DNA of 63,440 bases, counting the filler, from Rhabdomonas costata (lineage: Eukaryota): the NCBI GenBank assembly GCA_019059605.1. It is 51 parts of 51 records of this genome, joined end to end, with 100 filler letters (N's around TTAATTAATTAA, not from the genome) between each part and the next. Parts side by side here need not be neighbours in the genome. Positions count along the whole stretch, not along the records: positions 23,679 to 24,825 come from JAHMHO010026320.1; positions 24,926 to 26,071 come from JAHMHO010026321.1; positions 26,172 to 27,315 come from JAHMHO010026322.1; positions 27,416 to 28,561 come from JAHMHO010026323.1; positions 28,662 to 29,807 come from JAHMHO010026325.1; positions 29,908 to 31,053 come from JAHMHO010026326.1; positions 31,154 to 32,299 come from JAHMHO010026327.1; positions 32,400 to 33,545 come from JAHMHO010026328.1; 43 more parts are not named here. One strand, 5' to 3'. Position numbers and translations under genes: made by a program. Shown one piece after another: positions 23,696-36,330 of this stretch (position 1 is the stretch's first letter; each line of letters begins with the position of its first letter). The notes beneath the pieces were generated by a model. The model was not told where the DNA came from and did not search any database. It saw only the letters and a list, made by a program, of their open reading frames with translations.

Positions 23696-25290
23696 TGTTG
23701 GGGGGAGTGTGTCGGGGGGCGTGTTGATATCTGTGCTTTTGGTAGAAACTACTGAAAGCTAGCAGAAAAACGGACACCCTGAAGCGCGCGTCGCCCTTAT
23801 ACTCCGCAAAAAAATTTCCCTGACGCTAGGATGGGGGGTGGTTTCGGTTGTTTCTGGAGCCTTACCCGGAACATTACCTGTCAATTACCTTACCACTGGC
23901 TTCCCGATGTTCCCCGGCAGTACAGATTGCTGTAGTGGGGGGGGGGGTACCCGGCATCAGTGATGCACGTTACCACTGGCACCCGACACCAGTGTTACCC
24001 GCACGGAAACCCCCCAAAAAATATTAAGTGATCGGTATGCCTTCACCTTCACCAGTAAACCACGGACAGAGGACACGTGCACACTCCACCTCGAAAAGGC
24101 ACTACTCAATAAAGCGCGCGGACTAGGTTCGGCGTTTTTCGGACTTGTCCTAGCTTAAGCTAAAACAATCCGCGGTTGAAAACCTGGAGTTCACTGAGCA
24201 TGGATTGTGTGAATTTGCCTTCAAAACTCTTATCACAGATGATCACAGATGATCAGCTTTTTCATATTTGGTTTGAGGTGACGCAGCTCATGCAGTATTC
24301 TGTAGAGTGGGAACCGCATTTCAACACAATTTCTGGCTGAAACTCGGGCACATTACCCGTTTGAATGGAGCTGTGGATACTACGAATGGAAACATTAACT
24401 CAGGGGAAATCAAGATCGGGTTTGAACCATATGTCGGGGTTACAATCTTGCGTATACGGTGCGACGTAGTTTGCAATTGTTCTGACTCCTCAGGTGACAC
24501 CTCGGAGGAGTGCCCGCCGGCAGGGACTGAGCTGCTCCCTGAAAACTTCCTGCCTTACGGCACCGTCAACAAAGAGAACGTTGCTGATGATACCCGCTCC
24601 GAAGGCACTGCAGCATGCCGCAGTAACGCAGACGCACGCACACTGACATCCTGTCAGAGCAAATGGCTTTAGGGGTGCCTTAGATGAGATGGAGAGCTTG
24701 TTGCTCTTCCGCAGCATCCCTTTTTTCGGGTTGACGGATTTTTTAGAATGTCGTAGGTGTTGTTCGCTCGGGAGGTGTTGCCAACCGTTGGCCTCTGGCT
24801 GAACCCCCTCCCCGCCCACAACCCCNNNNNNNNNNNNNNNNNNNNNNNNNNNNNNNNNNNNNNNNNNNNTTAATTAATTAANNNNNNNNNNNNNNNNNNN
24901 NNNNNNNNNNNNNNNNNNNNNNNNNTCTCATGTCTTCTGAACTCGGGTCCTGGAGTCGGCTGGGCGGTGTGGCGCAGAATAAGAATCCAGAGCCCTCTGT
25001 CACAGCGGTGCCACAAGGGACCGGCTCACCATAAACTTCCTCCACACAGTGAATGCGTGCCCCCGTCGGTGCAAACTGTTTCTGTCTATCAACAATCATC
25101 ATCCTTTTTCTTGCCATCCTTTTGCTGACTGGTGTGCAGAACCCCGAAGCCAATGTCTTTCCTGTGCAGGTCACAGCTTGTCAGTTTCGTTTCGGCACGG
25201 GAACGACCGCAAGCAGCCTGAGGACCGGTTGCTCGCCCGCAGAGGCGTGTGTGTGTTGGGGAGAAGGAGGCCCGGGGGATCAAAGAACAC

Positions 25291-25739
25291 CTCCTTCAGT
25301 GCGTCCAGGCCACAAAACAGGGCCCAACCCCACCCGAACTCATGCGGCGGACGACCCTGCGAGGTGTAGTGCATGTACGAGTCCCTCTGGGTGATGTGCG
25401 ACACCACAGTTCCTGAAAATACAAACCAAACCAAACCAAACAAACAGAGAGTGTGCATGAGCATGTATGTGGGTCAGTCACAGCCGCCGCTGCAAATCAT
25501 TCACTAGTTGAGGATCTTCATCACCAGTCAAGACAATTTTTTTTCTGGAGATCTTCCCTTTTCAGTTAAGGGACATCGACTCTTTGAAGGCGTTGAAGAA
25601 TCTTTTACGAGTGACAGAAGGCGGAGGTATGCCACCCACACCGAGCTGGACGGTGTAGTCCAGGTTGAAGGGCCAGTGGAGGCGGTCGTCATGCTCTCCC
25701 TGGTGCAGGTGCACAAAGAGGCCGACGTTGGGGCTGCTC
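25291..25739 (-). CDS. TRAF-type MATH domain protein; 2 exons
   Basis: Exons 25739-25642 (NVGLFVHLHQGEHDDRLHWPF, compare TRAF SLFVHxMQGEYDxxLxWPF) and 25412-25291 (EFGWGWALFCGLDALKE) join in phase 1 across a GT-AG intron. Confidence 0.8.
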
Positions 25740-28671
25740 CTATGGGGAGGAGGAAAGGTCGTGTTGACAAGACAATCGATCCGCGGGGAGGGGGGCACAA
25801 TAGACTAAATTATGGAACGACTGGTGGTGTTCATCGGCGAGTTTCCACCACGCACCCGGACCCGAAATTTTCTCTGGCATCCCCACCCACTGGCGCGCAT
25901 AGCACCTGAGCGCTGCTTCATTTTTCCACATATTCGGGCCATTTTAGACCAAAACCATGTTTTGCCTTGTTTTTGTGGCTCCCTTTCTTTTGGGCAAAAA
26001 ATGGCGACTCGGGAACGTTTTGCGGTTGCTAATTACAAGAAAACAAGGTGGGACTCTTCTTCAGCGAAACANNNNNNNNNNNNNNNNNNNNNNNNNNNNN
26101 NNNNNNNNNNNNNNNTTAATTAATTAANNNNNNNNNNNNNNNNNNNNNNNNNNNNNNNNNNNNNNNNNNNNGTCTGGTGAGTGTCACCCGGGTCCACTCA
26201 CGGCAAGAACAATGCATGCGGTTGCCGGAGTACGCTTTCCGGTGAGAAAAGGTTTCGGGTTTTCAAAAAAAAATGTCCATTCAAAATGTAAACAAAACGG
26301 TGAACACCAAAACCTTCCGATGTGCGTGTATTATCGATACATGTTCATCCAAACCGAACAAAGGATTTGGGAAATCGATCATATTTGATCGCGTTTTGAT
26401 GGCGTTGATCATGTTGAGCACAAATATTTCCCACTCCCCACAGAACAAAATGCCTGTGATTCAAAGGCTGCAAATACGTTGTGGGTGCCGTTGCTTAACC
26501 TGCTCCTGCGGCTGACCTGCAGCGGACCCCATACGGTGCCAAAAAACAAAAAAGCCCCCCTCCCCACCCTTAACGTCAACGGCTGGTGTATTGCCTCCGA
26601 AGATTTTACCAACCTGAATGTAAAAAAAAAAAGCAATGCAAACGGGACTCGAAGTGAACAGTGCCTTTCAGGATGGGGGCAAGCTCCCACCAGTGCATGT
26701 CCTCAGGCTTCGCAGACGAGAGGCTTCGCAGAACACCGGAAGCACCTGAGGATAGTTAAAACCACGTTACCCAGGCAGCTCTGATGAAGTGAAGACGAAC
26801 TGCAAGTATTCCAGGTCAATCAAACACCAATCACCACCACCCGTCCACCCTTACTCCTGCAGGCAATTCCCACACGTCAGGGCTGTAGAAAAACCTGTTT
26901 GTTCTTCATGAAATCCAAAAAAACGGTTCTTTCATTACAACCCAAAAATGGTTTTTTATTATAACTTTCTTCCTTGGAGGATGCCCTAACGGGAAAAGAG
27001 AGACCACAGGTCAACAGCGTCGGGTCACTGACCCGTTGCGGGACACTTACACCCACTTCCTTGCTGATGCACCGGTGCTACAAGCCACAAGACCTCCACC
27101 CCTCCGCAGTTCGCAGGACCCCCCGTTTCATAGCTTGGCATTCTCAAACAACACCTGCTTCTCCCCCTTCCACCCTCCTCCTGCATAATACAAACCCTGC
27201 CAGCGCTGCCTTTCGGCTGCATTGGTGTACGCGGTTGCAAAACGGACGTTTCAGACAAAAAATAAGAACATACCGAGCAAACAAAAAACCCGGGAGGGAC
27301 CGACCACAACCACGGNNNNNNNNNNNNNNNNNNNNNNNNNNNNNNNNNNNNNNNNNNNNTTAATTAATTAANNNNNNNNNNNNNNNNNNNNNNNNNNNNN
27401 NNNNNNNNNNNNNNNTTTGTTGTTGTAGAAAGCGAAAAACGAGGTGAAAGATATTGCAATTATTAGTACGACGCAATACCCGAACATCGGGGCAGGCATG
27501 TATATTCAGTATACATAACTCAGCCCCGAAGCCAGCGAGAGCTATGTCAACTCCTCCTTTGCGTTTAAGGAGACTCAAGACTCGAGGAAGACAGCAGCAA
27601 ATTTGTGCCTGCGCAGCAGAAGTGGTGGACAAGAAAGTGACCCAAAAGTTAAAGGAAGTGGCATAAATTACTGCGTTGCGGCAGTCACCGAAAGTCACCG
27701 AAAAAGTCTTCGGCGGTTTCTTGCTGGCGGCTTGCTTCGCAGTGGGTGGGTAGGGGGGACCGGCTTGCTCTGCGGTGTGTTCAGCTGACTCCTCGGCCTT
27801 GGTCCCAATTAGCTCCATAAATGGGAACCAACACCTTCGTCAGGTCAGGTTGTTGCCCAGTTGAAGCGAAGATGTCTCTAACACTACGATTGGGCTTTTC
27901 TTTCTGTCCCAAACCTTTTTTTATCTCCGCACTTCTTCAGAGGCTTTCTCAGTCATCCCCCGTGTGCACAGGAGGTATTCGAAGTCGGGAGTTGAGAGTG
28001 GTGGGTAGTCATGTAGGTGGTGGTGGTGGGGTATGCTTCAGGAGCTGACCACAGAGCTGGAGAGCATTCCTCTCCAACCGCCAGTCGCCCCCGTGCTCCC
28101 CGAGGCTCCCTCCTCAACGAACACGTCCCCACAACTGGCAAGCCGAGCAGGTGCGGCGGCGATATGCGTCTCTTAGGTGGACCTTGTCGCTCTTGGTCTT
28201 CCAAGTGGAGGAGGCCAACTGAAGTAATCTATATTTTGGGGAAGACAAAGTGTTGAACGTTTGCCACCGTTAAACGGTGATTCCAAACTTTTTAGAGATG
28301 TAATCCAGGGGGCGCTAATACAGCATGCCCACCCCCCTGTTTGAAAGGAATTTCGCTTTGCTGGAATGGCAGCAGTCCATTGCCGCAGAAGCGGTCCTGC
28401 CTGTCGTTGTTCACTTTCGCTTTCTATGGTTAGTCTTTGCGCACGAGGCCCCCCCCCTCCCACACACAAAAACTTTTTGTCCAGCCGCCGACCGCTCCCC
28501 TCGGCATTCCCTTCGCCTGACCCTTCGGGACCCTCCACCAGGGAACTCCTCCACACACAACNNNNNNNNNNNNNNNNNNNNNNNNNNNNNNNNNNNNNNN
28601 NNNNNTTAATTAATTAANNNNNNNNNNNNNNNNNNNNNNNNNNNNNNNNNNNNNNNNNNNNGTGTGGGCAC

Positions 28672-29644
28672 GGGCTCCATCAGCCGCGGCGTCGCCATCA
28701 GGAACGCAGAGTATACCTTGCGAAAGGACAGTATGGCGGGTACCCCCGACACAACCCCCCCCCCCACGAAGGCAAGGGGGAGTAACGTGAGGCAGCGAGG
28801 AGTGAGGAGTAAGAGGAGACAGAGAAGGGGGTGAGGGCCGATGGGCCCATGCCCCATGGATGGGTGGGTTGCCCGTGGGGAAAAGAAACGCAAGTCTTCC
28901 GCGGGCAAAAGGCACCTTGGTCAAGTGCACAAAGTGTGTGTGTGTGTGTGTGAAGGCTTCAATACTTCCCCTTCTCTGACAGTATACACTAAGCGCCCCC
29001 AGGCCACCCTCTTGCTCTGGGAAGGGTCACCGCACATTCCCTTTCACCCCCCTCCCAATATAAACGTACCACACGACGGGCCGTGGGGATGATCTGTCCG
29101 GAGCCCCTTTGGAAGGCCTCCTGGGCCACCACAGCGTCCAGCAGGCGGAACTTCACGTTGCGGATGGGCTCATCGCACAGCGGACCTGCATCCCCCGTCC
29201 CCGATCCCATTCCATCTCAAGTCATTCCCGGATTTCCCTTGTGAGCCCACACCCGTCCTCCCACCAGCGCTAGGAAAGGAGTGACGACAACACAGACGAA
29301 ACGGAAACGCAAGAGAAGCAGAGTGGGAGCCGCGCAAAAGATTTCCATGAACTATGAGTTTTTGAAATGAGGGGTGTGATGAATGGCTAGCCCATGACAT
29401 GGCCTGTATCGAAAGAACACTGCTGACGACCGAGGGAGGAAGACAACAGAGAGAGGGAGCGAGCGAGCGACAGAGGAAGAATGAGATCAGGAGGAGAGAC
29501 ACGCCTTCGCGGGCGCCCCACTGGAAGCCCTGCACGACACTGTCACGGACGCTGGTCAGGAGGGTCTTATCAACCTCTGCGGAAAGGGTGTCATCAATGA
29601 GGATGTTCGCGCCGTTGCTGCTGGGACCGAAGGCCCACACCGAC
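28672..29644 (-). CDS. EFTUD2: U5 snRNP GTPase EFTUD2/Snu114; 3 exons
   Basis: Exons 29644-29505, 29185-29070 and 28716-28672 give SVWAFGP...NILIDDTL...[35 protein letters not shown]...[25 protein letters not shown]. Confidence 0.95.
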
Positions 29645-31556
29645 CTGCACCCGCCCCGCCACACATGTACTCATCTACTCAGGCGATTGGGGAAGGCTGG
29701 TGCATCGGCGGGCTCACTTCGCTGAATCTATACCTCTGCTCCCTCCACCGAAACGAGAAATTACTGCAAACTGCAAAGTCAGAGGAAATACCCCCCCCCC
29801 ACACAAANNNNNNNNNNNNNNNNNNNNNNNNNNNNNNNNNNNNNNNNNNNNTTAATTAATTAANNNNNNNNNNNNNNNNNNNNNNNNNNNNNNNNNNNNN
29901 NNNNNNNACAATGCAGACGGGTGAATTCACGAGGATGGAAAATCCCGAAGGAAGTCTCTCAAAAGATTCGGAAAAATGTACTCTCCTCACACCGCACTGC
30001 ATTGAATGAAGCCTGAAGCCTTTCATGACAAAAAGAACAGTAGATCCCTGCAATTGGAACATGATGAGAAAAAAGACACAAATTACGTACAGAACAGCTC
30101 GCTTTGATAGTGTACAGCATTTTTCATTTCACGATATAGGAATGACGCCTGGTAAATTTGGTATCTATGATCTGAGACACCTTCTATTTGTTACGGCGCA
30201 CTGTGAAGGCGTTGATTCAGTCGCGCAATGGTCTGCGACAAGCGAAGCATGTATAAAACTCCTGTTGTCCCAGCCCAAGGGAAGATTTTTATTCGATTTT
30301 TCGAACGCTTTTGCCAAAAGGCGGCCAATGCTGGCTGAAGCCAACCTTCGAGGAAAAAAGCAAGCCTGGTGAGTGAGGTGCAAACCCTCTTCCATGTCAA
30401 AGACAGCGTCAGAGAGTGATACACGCTGACACAGACACAGAAAGCTTTTGTGTACATGTGGACAGGCCACACTTGCGCTTCTGAATTGAAGCTCCGGGGG
30501 GGGGGTCGAAACATGCGACGGGCCCACTCATACAACCAATGCAAAAAAAGCATAAACAAAGCAAAAAAAATAATGCGTTTAACCCGACATTTAACCCCCA
30601 GTCGATTTTGTCTGTAATAACTTTCCAAAACAAACAGAAAAGCTTCAGGCTTCATCGCCAAATGCAGCCCTTTGGTTCCTTTCAGTCTTGCGTCTGCACC
30701 AGCGGTACCACCAGTATGGCGCACTTGGAAGCAAACGTCGGCAGGAAAGATCTTTTGACGCAGGCGCAATTATTCACGCTTGCGACGGAACCCCAAGAAA
30801 GAGGGGGTATGCTTTCACCAACCAAAAATACACTAGGCGTGTTGTTCTCTGCTCATTCACAGCACAGTACAGGCCTTTCGCTCGGTATCAAACTCACCAA
30901 GAAGACACCAATACGGCGGACGGTAGACATAACATCCTACCTGCAAAATACCTACCTGATTTTTGGGTTTTGGGCCGTCATTACAGAAACTATAGAGTTT
31001 AATTGAAAACAATTTTTTGATTGCATTTATTTCTAGTATTTTGTGGATGCTACNNNNNNNNNNNNNNNNNNNNNNNNNNNNNNNNNNNNNNNNNNNNTTA
31101 ATTAATTAANNNNNNNNNNNNNNNNNNNNNNNNNNNNNNNNNNNNNNNNNNNNGGTGGTTGTTTTCATGTGAAGGTATTGTGTTGAGCCTCTGCAGTCAC
31201 ATGGGTAGTGGAGAATACCCCAAAGCGGAGTACCCGTTTGTTCGTGACGCATGAAGCTTTGAAGAGTTCTGTTTAAATATTCATTTCTTGTTTTCAGGGT
31301 GACTCTCAGGAGCTGATCTCATTTGTGGAATTCAAGCAGAACAAAAAATTGCACTCTCTCACATTATTTAATGCATCCATAAACGCACGCGAATCATTGG
31401 CTTCTCCACCTTTTCTATTTCGAGTGCATAAGGGGGAAATTTTCCCACAGAAGTGTCTGCTCAAGGGGTCAACGCCACTCTCACGTGAGATTTGAGCAAA
31501 CTTGTCCTGGTCTGAGATGATTTCTGTGTGCCAGCATGCCCCCTCCTCACCCCTAG

Positions 31557-31864
31557 GACCGAGCCTCGGCCAGTGTGACGGGGCTGATCCAAGGCAGCCT
31601 GAACTTTGCCCTCACCGACACCGTGCTGCCGCGGAGCCTCCTGCAGGCGCACGACCTGGTGGTGATTCCTGTGATCGTGAACGCCCTGGCGGTGGTGTAT
31701 AGCCTCTCGGAGCTCCCGGATGGGGTTAGCCTGGTCCTTCACGAAACCGACTTGGTGAAGATCTTCAACGGCGCCATCTCTGTGTGGAATGACCACAGCA
31801 TTACCCACCCGAACCCGTTCATTCCGCTGCTGCCCGTCTCCATTACCATTATTGTGCTTGCCTG
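31557..31864 (+). CDS. PstS-like domain, N-terminal part; single exon
   Basis: GSLNFALTDTVL...LVVIPVIVNALAVVYSL...LVLHETDLVKIFNGAISVWNDHSITHPNP...ITIIV matches PstS TVDFGASDAPL...PxxxGxVVxxYNL...LxxIFxGxIxxWNDPxIxxLNP. CCCTAG acceptor and GTGAGC donor. Confidence 0.85.
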
Positions 31865-32908
31865 GTGAGCTTCACTTTGCTGCGTGTCGTCTTTTTCTCT
31901 TTGAATATGAGTGCTGTGCGCAGCCTCGTCGCAGTTGTTTACCCGGTCTTTGAAATCACCTGTGCTTGCTGTATGTTTTCCAGGACAAAGGACAGCCCTG
32001 CTGAAGGACAGTCCATCGGCATGCATGTTTGTCTGTGTATGGTTGGAGAACATAACTGATGGGTCAATTTTAGGAGTGGCCGGTACAGCAAGACACTAAG
32101 AGACGGTAAACGTAGTCGTCGTCCCAATGCGAAATATGGTTTGCCTTTCCCAGACAAGCCGACTGCTCTGATGCACCAAGGAGCCCAAGGAGCCAGCAGC
32201 CCTTGCCAGTTGTTGTACCATTTGTGCAGCCTAAGCCAGTGCCATATCTTATGCATGGGGTGCCGCTCCTCATACCCCTTCCCGCTTGCCCCACCCCCAN
32301 NNNNNNNNNNNNNNNNNNNNNNNNNNNNNNNNNNNNNNNNNNNTTAATTAATTAANNNNNNNNNNNNNNNNNNNNNNNNNNNNNNNNNNNNNNNNNNNNG
32401 TCAGGATTTCAAAAAGTTAGGTGAGATTGGCAGGCTTAGCTTCACTTAACTTGACCCGTTTGAAGAGGAGGAGAGCAGAAGGACACACACACATTCGCCA
32501 CCAACAACACACACACCTCCTCAGGACGGTATTCCTGGAGGCACCGCTCACCAGCCACCACCCTGTCCTCCCACCTTGGCCTCTGCGAGAAAGCCGCAAA
32601 TAATTCCCTTTTCCGCGTCATATGCACCCCTTGGATCATAGTACGGACTATGAGAAGAGAAATCTCATAATTTTCCCACACAACCATCCCCACCTTTCTC
32701 CAAGACCCCAGAAACGTGCTCAGCGATATGTGTGATCCCTGGGTTCAACAACCTTCGCTTTCTCGATCTTGCTGATCTTGCTCTTTGGGGGTCAGGGTCA
32801 GGGCGATTGAAGGACTGTCCATCACCCAGTGCCCCAACCTTACTGCGCGAACCAAAAGCGGAGAGGGCCCACCGCACGCACGCACACATACACACATACA
32901 GCTTTCAC

Positions 32909-33040
32909 TGGGTTGAGAAGCCGCTCCCTCCTCCGACGCCTCCGCTGCCACCACTGTAGGGCGGCCCGCAAATGCTCCACAGAGACCCGCGGCAGAGCCC
33001 ACCGCAACTTCAGCACCTCTGCCATGGTCAACAAACCACC
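32909..33040 (-). CDS. Possible internal exon, hypothetical protein
   Basis: TTGTAG acceptor, GTGAAA donor, 44 codons GGLLTMAEVLKLRWALPRVSVEHLRAALQWWQRRRRRRERLLNP. Confidence 0.4.
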
Positions 33041-34063
33041 CTACAAACCCGCACAGTTGCTCACAACGATGCGCACATCCTCAGTTTGCCCGATTCGGAG
33101 GGTTGAACTTATGTCTCGACTGATGAGCGCGGAGCAGATCAGTATTAAAACCAAAGCAACAAAAATAAAGGAGCGCAAAACAGAACGAGGTTCGGTGGAT
33201 TCTGCCATCGGCATGCAGCTCTGCAGCTGCCCAAAATTCACCAACCGCGAGCACTGGTGGTATTTTGGTCAGCATTCTGACGTAACAAACATGGGAACTG
33301 GTGTGTTGAGAGAGATATCTCCAATGGAAAGGAAACGGTATGAGAAAGCACTCCACCTGTGGGTGACTATCGCGCTGCAGTGTCTCAAACCACTCCAAAA
33401 GTACGCACAGCAGCGCCTCGTGGAATGGCGCCGCGCTATGGCTGCAGTTATATTCCGCAAGCCAGCCCCTATCCCACTCGTCGATGGTCATGCTTCCCGG
33501 AGAACGGTCCATCCCTCCACCTCCCCCCCCCAAAAAAAATAGAGCNNNNNNNNNNNNNNNNNNNNNNNNNNNNNNNNNNNNNNNNNNNNTTAATTAATTA
33601 ANNNNNNNNNNNNNNNNNNNNNNNNNNNNNNNNNNNNNNNNNNNNATAAAAGATGAAAAAGTCACCCGAAGGGAGACGCCACCACTATGATGGGTTCGCC
33701 ATGAAACTTCAGTTAGGGCAGGGAGTGCAACAGAATGCTCAGAAACGCACACTCATCGCACTGGAATTTCACACGCTGCCCTAGCAGCACGCCTGTGGGT
33801 AGCCCCCTTCCAATGCAGTCAAACTCCAGGGTGGGGTGGGGGGTCTCCCAACCCGCCCAACTTGCAAGAGCTCAGTCCTCCCTTCCCTCCCTGAGCGTGT
33901 GCGTTTCCTCCCTCCAACCTCCACCACCTCCGCTGATACATGATTCCCAGAGAGGGATATACGGGAGCCAGCCATCGTCTCACAGGAGAGCAGGGATATG
34001 TCATGCGTTGCAGCAACCGAGCACGATAGATTCACTTTTTTGTTTGTGTGGCACGTGTTTACT

Positions 34064-34632
34064 ATGACCGATCCCACCGCCTTGCTCCAACAACTGTTGT
34101 CGGCGGTACAGCAGATCCAGGCCTCCCAGCAAAACCTGGAACAAAGCCACCTGGCGTTACAGTCCCAACTTGCAGCGTACAAAACCGACCTGGAGGCCAA
34201 ATTCGCAGCTCTTAGTCTCAGCCTCGCCCAGCAGCCTCCGCCCACTCTCCCCGAAACCCTCGAGTTCACCAGCTCCCTCAGTACCTGGCTCCCAGTTCTC
34301 CGGTCCACTCACCAGAACCTCTCCACCGCAACCCCACCCGCAGACTTCGCAGCACTGCTCATCTTCCACCTCGCCCCATCCACGCGGCGTAACTATTCCT
34401 AATCTTTGGCGCAGTTTCTCCAGCGGTGCTCGGCAGCTTTCCCCGAGCCCCCCACCCTGGACCTTCACACGGTCACCACCATGTAACTCACCCACTGCTC
34501 GACCCCCGACGCCCGGGTACCGCGCACAGCGGGCCACAACCGGCCAGTCAAGCTCACATTGTGATAGCCGTGCCAGGTCTCCATCACTTGAGCAAGCAAG
34601 TGGCCAAACCCCTTCCCTCATTTTCAAAGTGA
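34064..34632 (+). mobile_element. Possible decayed gag/ORF1-like gene of a retroelement
   Basis: Intronless C-rich ORF starting MTDPTALLQQLLSAVQQIQASQQNLEQ (coiled coil) that breaks into frameshifted pieces. No diagnostic motif seen. Confidence 0.3.
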
Positions 34633-34914
34633 CTCTTGGTGACTGGTGGCGGACTCTGGGCACGGATCCGGAGGTCCGCTGACGACAAATGGATGAGTGC
34701 TGCTGGAACTCAATGCTACCACACAATTACAAACCCGAAAATTCATGCGCGCTTACACGCACAAACGCACACACAGAGCGCACCCGCGGCNNNNNNNNNN
34801 NNNNNNNNNNNNNNNNNNNNNNNNNNNNNNNNNNTTAATTAATTAANNNNNNNNNNNNNNNNNNNNNNNNNNNNNNNNNNNNNNNNNNNNGGTGGTGGGT
34901 ATCTCCATGCGCAG

Positions 34915-36023
34915 GTTGGACCCTCAGGGAGTGGGAAGTCCACTTTAATCCTGCTGCTGCAGCGGCTGTACGACCCCACCCGGGGGCAGGTCCTGCTGGA
35001 CGGGGTGGACCTGCGGCTGTACAACCCGCGGTGGCTGCGGAGGCAGCTCGCGGTGGTGTCGCAGGAGGTTCGGCTGTTTGAGCTAACCATCGAGGACAAC
35101 CTCAGGCTGGCCTGCCCCACTGCGACACGGGACCAGGTCCCCCCTTCATAAAGTTGCTTCTTGCCTGCCCTACGCCTTCGCTTTGAGGTGGGCTCGTAGG
35201 GCGCACAATGTGTTTCAGCACAGGAGAAATTGCAAGGGCCAAGAGACGAGAACGGGCACCCTACGTAAACTTTCGCGTCAGTCGTCAGCCACGTTTGTCC
35301 GCCTTTTGATTGAATGTGTTGTAAACTTGTGTTTTCAACCGCGCTACTTCAGTTATATCCTGGGCTTTTTTTCCGAGCACCACCCCCGGCGTGGCACCTT
35401 AAACCGGGCAGTGTCCTAGTGCCTTTGCGCATTGCCTCTGTATGCGGTCCCAGCACGTGTATGCTCCCTCTTGGTAACCGGGTCCCAGTGCGTGTGTGCG
35501 TTGCGTACGAGCGCGGAAGGTTAGGTACCCACAAAGAGATCTCCAGACGCGCCAATCGGGGTTCCCAAGGCTCCGCGTACACTGTGGATTGAGAGTGACA
35601 TGGGGTAAGCCAACCCTACGTGACAAGACAGCGGGACAAGGTACCATGGGCCGACAAGGGTGTGATGGGGTACCATGGGCCCATGCCCCATCGAAAGGTG
35701 GGAGCCCAGGGGGGAAGTGGACCTCGAGTCCTCCCAAAAATTCATCCATGTCAAGTGCACCAAGAGTGTGCGTTTTTGAGAGAGTTCGTATTTCGCCCAG
35801 TGCGGCTTCCCCCCATGTAGATTCATGAGGCGGCCCGGAGAGCACGTTGCTACGACTTTGTGATGGAGCTTCCCTGCGGGTTTGGCACCATGCTGTCGGA
35901 CTGCCCGCAGCTCAGTGGAGGGCAGAGGCAGCGCCTGGCCATTGCCCGGGCCCTACTACGAAAGCCGGCTCTGCTTCTGCTTGACGAGGCCACAAGCGCG
36001 CTGGACACTCTGGCCCAAAAGAG
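34915..36023 (+). CDS. ABCB-subfamily transporter nucleotide-binding domain; 2 exons
   Basis: Exon 34915-35136 ([10 protein letters not shown]...QRLYDP..GQVLLDG...VVSQE) and exon 35821-~36023 ([31 protein letters not shown]); GT-AG intron 35137-35820. Confidence 0.95.
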
Positions 36024-36330
36024 GCGCGAACGCAGCNNNNNNNNNNNNNNNNNNNNNNNNNNNNNNNNNNNNNNNNNNNNTTAATTAATTAANNNNNNNN
36101 NNNNNNNNNNNNNNNNNNNNNNNNNNNNNNNNNNNNTGTGGTGTGGAGCGTTCAAAAACCTTTGCCTCACAAAATTACTCGTGCTGCCCGGTATTCCGAA
36201 ATCGTCATATTTGGCTGGAGCAAACCAGGTTTCCCGTTTCCTCGGTTGCATTAGCACAGTCAGAAAGGCACCCAGCAGGTGCAACGGAGAAGAACCCACC
36301 CCACCCCCACCAATTGACAACGACACACAC

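Noticed and set aside
6852-31864. The three PstS-like fragments as consecutive exons of one gene
   Set aside because: Predicted splice phases at the would-be junctions are incompatible. It remains possible only with unseen micro-exons or different splice sites.
32829-33542. 237-aa plus-strand ORF
   Set aside because: No motif or codon bias; a splice-bounded exon on the opposite strand explains the GC-rich part better.
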